From Lytechinus pictus (Eukaryota), in the NCBI RefSeq assembly GCF_037042905.1, contig NC_087245.1, positions 37,574,001-37,638,000 of the forward strand: 64,000 nt of DNA, written 5' to 3'. Both the position numbers and the translations under genes were made by a program. Under the pieces are notes generated by a model. It worked only from the letters and a program-made list of their open reading frames with translations. It searched no databases and had not been told where the DNA came from. Shown here piece after piece: positions 38,908-51,200 of this stretch. Position 1 is the stretch's first letter, and each line of letters opens with the position of its first letter.

Positions 38908-39160
38908 CTGGTGTGTTGGCTCAGTTGGTAGAGCATCCGTCTCACAACCGGGAGGTCAGGGGTTCAAACCCTGGCCGCGTCATACCAAAAGACGTTAAAA
39001 GATTAAAGTTGCTGCTACCCTGCTTGGCGTTCAACGATTAAAGGGATAGAGCCTCATCCATCTGGCGCTGCACAGCGGCTGCTGGGCCCATGATCAATTG
39101 GGCAAAGCAAATTTTCGGAGCAATTCATTTCATGTCTATTTCGAACAATAAAATATGGAT
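38908..39160 (+). mobile_element. tRNA-derived SINE, same family as 12957..13205
   Basis: Aligns along its length with the 12957 copy. Confidence 0.85.
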
Positions 39161-40161
39161 TTTCATCATTTTTACTTTTCATCATCTCTTTCTCTCTTAC
39201 CCTCCCTCTTCATCTCTCTTTCTCTCCAACTTTAACTTTTTCTCCATTTTCATTCTCCCGTCTCTCTCTGAAATATTAAGCCTAGGACCTGTTGCATGAA
39301 ACTTTTGCCATAAAAAAAACTCTGGCAAACAAAATTGTCATTGAGAATAACACATTGAATAACTCAGGCAAAGCATTGCCAGAGTTTTACTTTTATGAAA
39401 CAGGCTCATGAACATCATCATAATTGCACGATCTGTTCATACTTGTCTTTCTTTCCTAAGTTTTCCCTTTTCACAAAAATATATCACAAGCTTGTTATTT
39501 CAGTGCTGAAACTACTATGGATTGAGTCAAACTGCAAAAATTGTTTCATTTTGGCATTTTAATAGTCTCAATTTGTACACATTTTGGTATAAAAACAGCC
39601 ATCAAAATGATACACCTTTTATAACTCAGTATGTATACTATGTTGATAGTTGTCTAGAATGGTGGAGTTACAAAGACAAAAAATAAAATAAAATGGAGCA
39701 AAAAGTAAATCTGCAAAAACATACTGAAGCTGGACCAGACTGTATCTGACTGATGATATCATAGGGAAATCCAACCTTTGGGGGTGAAAAATGCAGAAAA
39801 TTAAAGAAATAATTGTGAAATTCAGAATCAGAGTACTAAAAACCCCAGTTATGAACGTTGAAAAAATGAGAACACCAGTCTAAAATAGACCATGTAGTGA
39901 GGTATAACTCCAGTTTCTTGCATGAAAATTTTAAGTAACCCGCACTTTAATAGGGTACTGCTTAAAATTAAAAAATAGAATATTTATTGATACAAAAACC
40001 AAGAATATTCTGTCTCTAACCAAACACTTGTCCTGAAAACAAATTCGAGACAAATGTAATTGCAAAATTTGTGCAAGTCCAGTAAACAAATCAAATTTAT
40101 AAATTCAGTCAATTATTCGACCTGATACCAATTATTTTGTGTTGGAATGAATGGGATCGTT

Positions 40162-40350
40162 ATAATAATAATAATAAACAGTTCTTGTATAGCGCATATC
40201 ACAATTATGAATAATGTCTCTATGCCCTTCCAAATGACTTGGATATTATTACCCCAGCTGTAGCTTGGCAGCCGTAATTACTAAGATTACAGCGCACACG
40301 CATTTCAAGGAATAAATTCCTGCCAGGTACCCATTCACCTCACCTGGGTT
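40162..40350 (-). mobile_element. SINE 3' half, SURF1/MetaSINE-like
   Basis: (TAA)n tail and GGTACCCATTCACCTCACCTGGGTT. Confidence 0.75.
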
Positions 40351-43300
40351 ATCCATCACTACATCGTAGTGTCATAACCAGCATTACCAATTTGAGGATC
40401 AAAGACCTTCAGTGATAACTGTCAAATGTTCATAACAATTTTCATCTCAGTTTAGTCGAATTTTCACAAATATATCTTTAATTTCACGCATTTTGGGAAA
40501 AATATTCTATCAATGTTGGATTCCCCGTTTAAATAACTCTTGCATGATCCGCTGAAGACTGTCTTTTCCCTTATAAACCAGTATCTCTCATCGAATCGAT
40601 ATAATATACATACTGCACTTTGTACAAACCAATAAATGTGTACATAATCATATACAAACTAGATCGTTGAATGGTTGCTGTAGCAACGATTGTTACAAAA
40701 AAATAATTCTGGAATTCATCTCTTTTATACGAAAATGTACAATAATATGGAGTATAAATAGTTGTAATATTCTCATACACTAAGAATATAATGATCTAAT
40801 ACAATATTTTTTTTTCATTTTCTCTTACTTTTATAAGAAATAATGAAAGAAACACGATACTTGGCGATATTAGCCCGAATGGTCATAATAAAAAAGGGAG
40901 ATTGAATACTGATACAAAAATAAAGAGGAACTGTTCATGATGGGAGTATAGAACAGACATACAAACATCCACCAATTAATGGTCCCCACCTTTCACCTTC
41001 ATATGAAAAGGCTTTGAAGATGCTGAAGAATGCAATGCCATATATGTTAGTGATGAGAATCTCTAGGGGATGTTGTGGTGTGAGCCTGTAATCCAGGCTA
41101 CATGAGGGAAGTTACCCATAAATGCACGGGTTTGAGGTTCAAGCCCCCGTCACGTCTTTCCGATGGTGACTTTAAACATCGTTCCTAGACGTCAATAATC
41201 AGATCTGACTGAAATAAGTCTGAAAAAACTTATTACACATGCTTGGGTACTGACTTAATTAAATCTTTAAGAGTGAATAGATATTCCAATATCGAATTCC
41301 ACAAGTGGAAATCTATCTTTAACATTTTAAATGGGCCCCAGTTATCTTCCAAACATCAAGAGCTACACTCATATCTATGGAATACAAACTTAAAAAGAGG
41401 ATTTTTTTCATGATTATTATTCAGGTTTATACATGAGGCCAAAAGTAATTTATTCAGTTGAAAAATTGGTCAAACAAGTAACAGAGCTGTATGGGAGGAG
41501 GAAGTATACAATGTCACGGTGCCTATATGTCAGGATATTATTGAAATTGCTCTGAAATTTACTTTTATGTAATATTTTGTAATTTCCTGTAGAAATATCA
41601 TGTTTTGCATACCGAACAGATCTCATATCTCCTGATAATATGCAATCTGTAAACAGAAAAAATACATGGAGTTCACTTGAAACAAATGATAAAACACAGG
41701 TTTTCGCATATCCTAATGCAACAATTCCTAAACAACTTCTGGAACAGAATGATTACAACATTCTTTGTATTCTTTTTTTCTCAAATCCACATTCAAATTC
41801 ATTATAAGCGGTTGACAACCTACAAATTTCTTTCCATCACACAAGTAGATGTAATTTGAGATAATTCATTTCATGGAGATCCCTGAAATGGCAAATACAT
41901 TTGACATGTTCAACATGTGCCTGTACTTCAGTATAGATAATGTATTCAAAGTTATCCTGTATGTTTCAAATTTAAATTCAAATTCACGGCTCATGGGGAA
42001 GGTACCATTCATATAACATGAATGTCAGGCTCACAGAATAATATTAAAGGTTAACTAATGTAGGTGTACAGAGCTACCGTCCTCTGTAAAAAAAATATTG
42101 ACTTTAAATAAGTGATTTGATATTCAATTGTTTAAGCTCTAATGCCACTTTGCATGTTATTTCACCTGTATTTAATTCTTTCATTGTATCATCATGCAAT
42201 TTGTACACCCATAAACATTTCTGATGATCGAACAATAAATAACTCCAAATAAAGACAATACAAAAAATGTCTGATCGACACGAACAAAGCATGAATGAGA
42301 TTGTGAGGTACAAGAGGGCGTGGGGGGTGACAAAAAGGGAGAGAGGGGAGTAAGAGATAGAAAGACAAAGATACAATAGGAGAAATAGAGAGGGAAAGAG
42401 GTGGAGGAAGAGAGAGAGAGAGAAGGGGGACAAAGAAAGAGAGATGCATCGCTGTAGCAAGACATCTAGGGGCAAAATAAAGATTATTTAACATACTCAA
42501 ACTAATCATAAATTTGCAAAGAGTACATAATTTTTCTCACAATTTTACAGTAAAGAGAAAAATGGTCTGAGATGAACATAAAATGGAGATTGGAATCCAT
42601 CTTATCAGTAGTTTACGCTTAGCTCAGAATATTCTGATAAATGGGAAAAATATATTGTTAATTCTAGCACCATAATTGATATCACTGTCTCTACATTTGA
42701 CATGCTGAGAGAGCGGGTTTCGTTTTGAAAACAAAATTTCAACCAATCAATTTAAAACTAAGGGCTCCATTATCATTAGCCCGAATTCACAAAGGTGGTT
42801 TGATTTATAATCTGTGGCGTCAAACCAGTGCTTACACAGATTTCATCCTCACACTTTCATTCAGCGGGTATATCAATGAAGCATCTGATGATGGATGCGC
42901 AGTTTTGCCACAGGGCGCAACATTTGCGCCAGTCACCGAAGGTCCTACATTAATGAGTTCACTGTTTACGTTGCTTAATTAACATAAATAGTGGGCGCAT
43001 TATTGCTGGAACCTTAATAACGGCTGTCAATTAAGTACAGTATGATAAAAGCCCGCATTGATTATGGGACACTTTGTTTACATGCCATGCCGAATAAAGC
43101 ATTATCAGTGAATGAAATTTGCATAAACTGTGGTTTCAGAACCATCTTTGTGAATTCAGGCCAATGAGATTATGCAGTACACCTATCACGACCCCTACCC
43201 CCCTTGTTCATTTCCTTGCATGGTCTTTCAATGTACATGTATACATGGTGGGGGGGGGGGTGCAGTCAAGGTCGTGACCTCAAGACCCCAATTTTTCGCT

Positions 43301-44020
43301 ACATGATTTAGAACTACCGGGCTCGACTCTATTCCTGAAAATGTGGCTATAGTCCAAAAAATATGCAAGAACAATCTTGAAAAAAAAAAATTCACAGAGA
43401 CAAAATATCAAATGCAGGTAAAAGAAATTTTGGGAAAGATAAAGAGAGGAGTAGGGCAATGGAGAAAGAGAGAGGGAAGTGAAGAAAATAGAGAATAAAA
43501 AAGAAAAGAGAATTGAGAAAAGAAAAGAGAAAAGAAATGAAGAGAGGATAGAATATGAGAAGAGAAGAAAGAAGAAGAGAGAAGATAAGGGAATAAAAGG
43601 GAAGAAAGAGAGAAGTGATGTATAGCAACACCTTTGTACAATAAACGATTCAAGGTTTTCGCAAACAGGCACTTACGAGTCTGACATTCCCTCAGGTGAT
43701 GATGAAATCCAGAAAAAAGGCCGGATATATTCCAAAGATTCTTGACAGAAAGATTAAGTTATTTGCTCCAGTGACTGACAAAACAAAAAACAACAACAGA
43801 CTACCACATCACAGTAACACAAAATAGACTCTAATGCACATATGATATACTCACTCATACATTTCTTTAAAGTGTATGCATATATAATTTGTTATATCTA
43901 TATATAAACGTATAGTACAGGACTCCGTACACATACACAGTTATATACATATACATGTACAAAAATGTACATACATGTATCGTAGTATTTTTAGACACAC
44001 ACACACAAACATATCTACTC

Positions 44021-44148
44021 GGTCCTGTAACACAAAGCTTAGCGATTAATCGTAAGCTTGATTTTTACGATTGATTGTATATTGTAGTCAATGGAATCAA
44101 TCGTAGAAAAATGTTCTACGATCATTATTAAGCTCTGTGTTACGGGCC
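44021..44148. mobile_element. Short palindromic Harbinger-like MITE (second copy 48697..48824)
   Basis: GGTCCTGTAACACAAAGCTTAG / TTAAGCTCTGTGTTACGGGCC ends plus an internal palindrome. Confidence 0.75.
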
Positions 44149-45899
44149 CCAGATCATATACTGAGAGAATTAAAACCCTTGTTCTTTGCGCACCAACATG
44201 TGCTTTATTTATATATATATATCCATGTTAGGGGAAAATGCGAATTCAAAGTCAAGTTCATTTAATTCCCCTATAAACAGATATGTAATGAAGAAGAAAA
44301 GGGGGAAAACTACCTTTGCAGCATGTCCTAATGCAATGAAAATAAAAATAGACTCTACACATCACTTAGCGTCTATTTGCACCTTTATATTTCACATTCA
44401 AATCATATACGATCTCTTTAAGTAATATATTCTTCATAATATTATTTTGTTGACCTTTGTCTTCCCCTATGACATGTTGCATTTATCACAGAAATGAGGA
44501 GTTTGGAATTCGTATACAGTCGAACCTGCTCTATCGACAATCTGAATAGGACAACCTGTAGTTAAAAAACAAGCTTTGTTTCTCTTTGAGTGATTTTCCA
44601 CATTTAAACATGAATATTGAACGAACCTGTCCACAAAGACCAGCTGCTCTTTATGACCTCATTCCTTGTCTTGCTTGGGTGGTCTTTAGATACAGATTTG
44701 ACCAAAATTCTTTGGTTAAGGTTTTGGGACACGTCATCACTTCAGAAGCGGTCAGGATGTAGCTATAATTTATATTCCGATCAGCAAAAGAGCGATGGTA
44801 AGTTTCATTGCTTAAAAACCAAACAATGATTACTTGCTTCGAATTCTACAATTCAGAGTCCACATACATAGAGCTAAAAAACAGTTTGATTTCACTTGTC
44901 CTAAAATTACGAATGATGCATTGATGACTTCCAAGACCGCAGAGATCAGCGAAACACATCAGTACTATGTTTGCAAAGTTCAATGAACTTCTTCTACTTG
45001 GGCGATTAATAGGAAAAAAATATATGTTCAAATGCATGATTAACTTTTAACCAGTCTTACAGCAACAGTTTTGGTGGAATTAAAAATGAAATCAGTTTTG
45101 TTTAATGCATCATAAATTCTAACCCAAGTTCTTTTTTATTGTATGGGAGTATGAATTAGAACACATAATTTGGTAGGAAATTTCCAACTGGGATTACTTG
45201 TAAAATATATATTAACCCAAAGGAGATTGGTTGATCATGCTATTAAATACATTTTCCACAATCAACAGCCTACATATCTATCATTGTTTAGCAAGTAAAA
45301 GGGCAACATTGCTGATCGATATTATATAAAAAATATCATTTTTTGTTTTATTAAATTTGGTAAGAGTGTTTGGTATCATTTTTCTTCTTGCAATCGATCA
45401 TGTCATATTGCCGTTTTACTTGCCGAACTTCTCTACAAACGGCTCAGTTTCAAATGGGTTAATGATTTCAGGGGTTACGTGTTTAAACCAGACATTTTGT
45501 AATCACAATCTGCACATGAGCAGAAAAGGGTCATTGGCCATAAACCAGGTCTCTGTACCATTTGTCTCCATTCCGTAGATGTTGAATCAGCAATGTTCAC
45601 AGCTGTGGCAAGAGCAGAACAGTAGAGGTAGGTTTTAGAATCCTCTATCTCCCCCAAGCCTTTGGCGCGACAAGAATTCATCATAAAGCGAGTCAGCGCC
45701 AAAGATGAAATTCCTGTCCAAAATGCAATATGTATGTTGAAAGGCTCCTCCAAAAAGTTAACTTCAGAAAGTAAAAGGAAAAAAAAATGCAACGTCCAAA
45801 TAACAGCGAACACGAACACTGGCAGGAACGAAAGCGCATAAAACAGAAACTCCAAGACCACAAGAAGTATGCCATTGCATTTTAGGGACGCGAACCGTA

Positions 45900-46085
45900 A
45901 CGGCAGACAATCAAGTCCTCGGCGACCTCCATTCTTGGGAATTTGGGAGATATGTTGATGCGTTTAAATATGAGGTGAATGAAGAAGTTTTCCTCTGCTT
46001 GGATCAGGATATGATGAAGTAACTTATAACATCTCTTGGACCACGTGTAAGACTTCGTAAGAAAATCACTGAACTACAGCTGTGA
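45900..46085 (+). pseudogene. Degraded SAM (sterile alpha motif)-like ORF
   Basis: Translation TADNQVLGDLHSWEFGRYVDAFKYEVNEEVFLCLDQDMMK*LITSLGPRVRLRKKITELQL* fits the SAM pattern by eye; in-frame TAA at 46020. Confidence 0.6.
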
Positions 46086-46724
46086 ACATTAAAGTGTCTC
46101 TGTACCGTTTGTCTCTATTCAGTAGATCATGAATCAGCAATGTTCACAACTGTGGAAGGAGAACAACAGTAGAAGGGGATGCTACCCCTCAGTACGATTC
46201 TGAACCATGATGCAATTTTCAGACTGTCTTGTACACCGACTTGTCATACATTTATTTTAACTTTGTATTATATTTGTTTTTTTATGTAAAGGTTTTACTG
46301 AGAGAATAAAACAATTTGAACATATTTTTGTATAATTCCAAACATTGTATCTCTTACGCTGACCAGGGAAGGCACCTGAAAGCGCTTTGTAGCTCATGAA
46401 AAAGGCATCAGAGAGATATCATGTGATTATTATGATCAAATCACAGAGATGAGCATGATTATTTGAATGTTTTTTATTAAAACATGCTTTGTTATCCCAA
46501 AACAAAAGAAGCTCTCCATTGAATCACAATAGGTTACAATAATGATGATTAATAATTCCAATGAGGAGTCTAACACTGTTTTACATTAACAAATTGAGAA
46601 ATACAACTTTTTTTTAAGTTTCTATAGTTGAACCTATTTCCACTCCTCCCCAAAATAAATACCAAGCTACTGAGGCCCAGTTTAGTAAAAAAAATATCAA
46701 ATGGATATAACATGAGTCAAAAAC

Positions 46725-46875
46725 GTTGTGGCACAGTGGATTAGCCTCTGAAGTTTGAAACAGAGGGTTGTGGGTTCAAATCCCAGCCATGGGGTAATTT
46801 CCTTCAGCAAGAAATTGATCCACATTGTGCTGCATTCAACCCAGGTAAGGTGAATGGGTACCTGGCAGGAATTAG
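46725..46875 (+). mobile_element. SINE, SURF1/MetaSINE-like, 3'-truncated
   Basis: A and B boxes plus conserved core. Confidence 0.8.
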
Positions 46876-48057
46876 AATTCATGAAGTTGCCAATCTGCAC
46901 TTGAATAGTGATTTTATGTAGTTTTCAATGTTGTATATTTATTAAGTGTACTAATTAATATCTTTTATTTAGGAACAACACTACATAATGCACTAGCAAT
47001 GGTATTATTTTTTTATCAGTACATCTTTCTCTTTTTATCATATTCCACGTGTGATTTCTAGAATTCAGGGTGGAGTGAACACAGCCTCTATGGGTTAACA
47101 GAGTAAAATATGAAATATATCCAATCATCTTAGGGGCAGACTTGTCCCAAGAGGAGGAGGCCCTGTTTCACAAGACTCGTTATTGATGACAATTTATAAA
47201 TTTCCAGTGTGATCAATTTACTTTCACCTAATTCAAATGATATGCTTATGTTGGAAATAGTTTTTGTTTTTAAAGGAAATGTGGAATTATATTTAGAATT
47301 TTGAAATCAGAAAATACCATGATAACGGTCATCTACAGGCCATACTCGAGCTTGATTTTTTTTATGTGAAAAAATGTAATTTTTCAGAAATATTGGACAG
47401 CACATATAGTAGAGAAGGAATTACTTTATGAAGTTTCTTAACTTATTTTAACTCCATGCATAAAGCCATAAAGCCTAGCACTGGAAAAGTATTTCCAACA
47501 GGTGATCACTGATAAAAAACATGAGATTTAGATTTAGATTCCTAAAAAAAAAAGCTTTGTTAGTAACAAAAATCTACCCACAAGAAAAAAAAAAGGATAG
47601 TAATTTGTATACAAATGAAAGAAGAGCCAAGATGACACTATTGATTCCATTCCTACTGTTTGTGAGGCTGAAAATGCTGAAATTAACATGACATTACGAC
47701 CATCATCAAACATTGAGCTGAGAATAGTGAGAATGATGAGAAAAGCTAGGATCGTCATTGATGAGTTGCTAAACACCGTTTATAAAAAAACGAAGGTTGA
47801 GGCTTTACTGCAAGCTGACACCTTGTCCTGTATGTTGCAGCCATTTTTTCCCTTTCTTGTTTGCAATTGATTAGTACCATAGAACTGCTCCGACATCTGA
47901 AAGGCTATTCATGCTTGACGTATGCTATCATGAGCCTATCAGAGAATCCATTCTCGTTCACATCGTCTCTGCTTTTCCACCCACAGAACACAGAGTTTTT
48001 TACAGTCAAAGCTGCGTGTCTTATTTTCAGTTTGATTTCTCCACAGTCCCACCTATA

Positions 48058-48295
48058 TCAATCCATGGGGGCAGTCCTTACAAAATTGTGTCCTAAGAGT
48101 TCAGCGGCCGCGGGCCGTTCTGACAGGGTTTTCTTAAAACAGAGGTTGAGAAAGTTCCGTGCGTCGTTCGACACGCTCTGTGGAAGTACGGGATCAGTGG
48201 GCTGTGTTGCGATTTTAAAGATGGCCGCCATGGCTTCGTAGTCTGCCCACGGCGGTTTGGTCGTCAACATTTCAACCACAGTACAGCCGATACTC
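48058..48295 (-). CDS. MAP3K2/3: MAP3K last coding exon
   Basis: [33 protein letters not shown]...[13 protein letters not shown]..., TGA at 48058..48060. Confidence 0.97.
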
Positions 48296-51200
48296 CTGAA
48301 AGTACAACCAAAAATAAATGTACTTAATATATATTTTTAAAAAATGAAAAGGTACTGTAATTGCATTAAGAATAATATAAGCGATTAACTTTTTTAACAC
48401 TAATGACACAATATACGTGTATAAAGCATCAAACTGCTGAATTATCTCATATTCACATAAACGTACAAAATCATACCCTGTGACCAATGCTCAATATATT
48501 CATTAAATTAGGCCTAATTAATCCATAAAATGCACAAAGCACTTTTGAAAACCAGGCCTTTGAATCTCTTCGAAAACTATATTCTTTTGCGCTCTGTAAT
48601 GCTAACACTAAAGTAAAGCTGAATCTGCCCAAGCCACATATCTTGGGAACAAAGAAATCTGTTTGACAAAATTTGGTAAAATTAGGATTCACAAGTGGCC
48701 CGTAACACAAAGCTTAGCAATGATCGTAGAGCATTTTTCTACGATTGATTCCATTGACTACAATGTACAATCAATCGTAGAAATCAAGCATATGATTAAT
48801 CGCTAACCTTTGTGTTACGGGACCCTGAAGATGCAAATGAACCCATGATTTTCATATTCTGGTCTGAAAAACTGCTTTACGTCCAGTGATTGCTACAGTG
48901 GTGCTAAAAAGTGAGTGAACCACACCAAAAAATGAACATATTTAAAGTGTTCAAGTTCTGCCATGTTTTAGATATTTGATTGTGAAGTCAGGGGATGAAA
49001 TATTACAATCAAAGTTTGTTTGTCTGGGCTCGTTGAACATTGTAGTGTTGTTGTCTACATTCAAGACTCGGCATGAAGGAGTGCATTTCGTGGTGGGTTT
49101 CACTAAGTTTTGAGCACAACTGTACAGTGGAGGTGGACTTTCACAGACACTGGAGTACTTACCACACATCTGCTCTCCTTCCATACCCCTCTCCGTTGAT
49201 GATCTCTGGACTCATCCAATATGGTGTACCGGTGACCGTCTTCATGCCGGTAATATGACTATGTATCGTTTGTAACCTCGTGGACGCTCCAAAGTCTGCC
49301 AGCTTCACGTTACCGCTCGCTCGTAATACATTGGCACCTTGAGAGAGAGAGAGAAAACAGAGTGAATGCCGGTTTATTCCTATTCTATTCACTGATGAGC
49401 GATTCAATAAATTCATCAACCTTTTTAACATCTGTACTTGAGATAACGGGCCATACAAATTTTGTTTCAACCTGTTGGAGACAGCGTCTATATATGAGGG
49501 CTGGAGTCTAAGGAAATCATGTGTTAGAGCAAAAAAAAAACATCGGTTGAACCCATGGTTTATGCAGATTTCATGTATAACTGTTCAAAACAGTGGACTC
49601 ATGAATAAAATAGCATGCTCAACCATGGCAACAAACTTCATATTTTTTCATTTGAATCACAAATCTGACATCAATAAAAAGTAAAGATCATATATTTTGA
49701 TTGGCTAATGGGTTTTTTGTAGAGGTTATGAGCACATATTAACAGCAGTAGGGTCCTAAGCCCCAAGTCTCTAAAGTCGAAGCAAGTTCTTATTGCATTT
49801 TCAACTCACCTGGCCCACTGGACAACATGAGTATACATAAAACAAACAAAGAAAATTGGTGTAGAAATGTCAATGTCCAAACCTTTGATATCTCTGTGTA
49901 CTATGTGGTGATCGTGAAGATAAGCCGTCCCTTCTAAGATTTGCCTTGTATATTTCCTTGTAACCATCTCAGTCAAGGGACCGTAGTTCCTAAGCTCATC
50001 TTTTACAGATCCCTGCAGAAGGTTATAAAATACAACCAAATTATTCATTTGGGTATAAACCTAGTCATTTCGAATAGTGGCGGCGATCATATTTGACGGC
50101 AAAGAAATGATCGACCGAAGACTTCTCACAATAGGGAGTTTCACTATTGCAACAGAGACGGATTCTACAACATAGTAAATCTATTGAAAATGGAAGTCAA
50201 ATCACAATGGACAGCCGAGAGGTCTTTGTCAAAAATTGTTGGACCGGAACAGCAGATCGTCGTAAGATTCGGAACTGATTAAAAACTGCAAGTATGTCGT
50301 TTATACGGGACATCCAGGTGTCCTGGGCCCCGTCTTACAAAGAGTTACGATTGATCCGATCAATCGTAACTCTATGGAAATCCATCAGTGTCATCATTTT
50401 TTCTACAGGAAATTTGCAAAATGTCCTTTGTAAACCTAGGAGAACACAACAAATTGTCAAGTTATCAATGAATTTATGGATATATATTCATATCTAGAGA
50501 ATTTTTTTAGCAAACACGCATTTCATATGTTGACTTTGCTGGCCGTCCATAGTTGCTATTGATTGGATCAATCGCAACTCTTTGTAAGACGGGGCCCCAG
50601 GACAACACTGCTGATTTGATTCACAAATTTTCAACAAAGATTTCTTTGTCATGAAGGGCTTTTGACGATATATTCTCAACGTTCCAGAAAGAGGCTATGT
50701 GGTGGTTGCAAAAACTCCCTAAGACCTCTACACAACAGTATAACACAATAACAGAAATAAAACCATGAAATTAACTGCAGTCAAACCTGTATTAGTTAGG
50801 GGCCACATGTTTCGGAGGACAACCTGTCTATAAAAGACCACAAATTTGGTTACCCTTAAATAAAACTACCTGTAGATACAGGTCACTGATTATTGACAAA
50901 GCTTCTTCATTCATCCACTCCTAATCTGGTCATATCATTTCAATTACTTCTCACCATGAATAACAATAATAATTATTGCCTATCAATTATCCCACTTAAA
51001 GATTCCAGGTCACCACTTAAACAAACAGTATTCAAGATAACACAACAAATGAGCCAATATAATCTTATACATAACCATCACTTCAGATACTCGCAGTTTG
51101 TTCAATTGGTCTTTCGGTATTTTGTTTTCAGTTGTAAAGTTCACACATCAAAGTGGCATTCAAATTTGTATACAGAGACTACGTTGGATGAGTATGCAAA

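Noticed and set aside
45475..45861. 128-aa hydrophobic minus-strand ORF
   Set aside because: Reverse of an A-rich stretch in the SAM-relic region; no family recognised
47620..47870. Protein-looking + strand ORF (MTLRPSSNIELRIVR...)
   Set aside because: Antisense to the MAP3K 3' UTR, no recognisable family or convincing splice context
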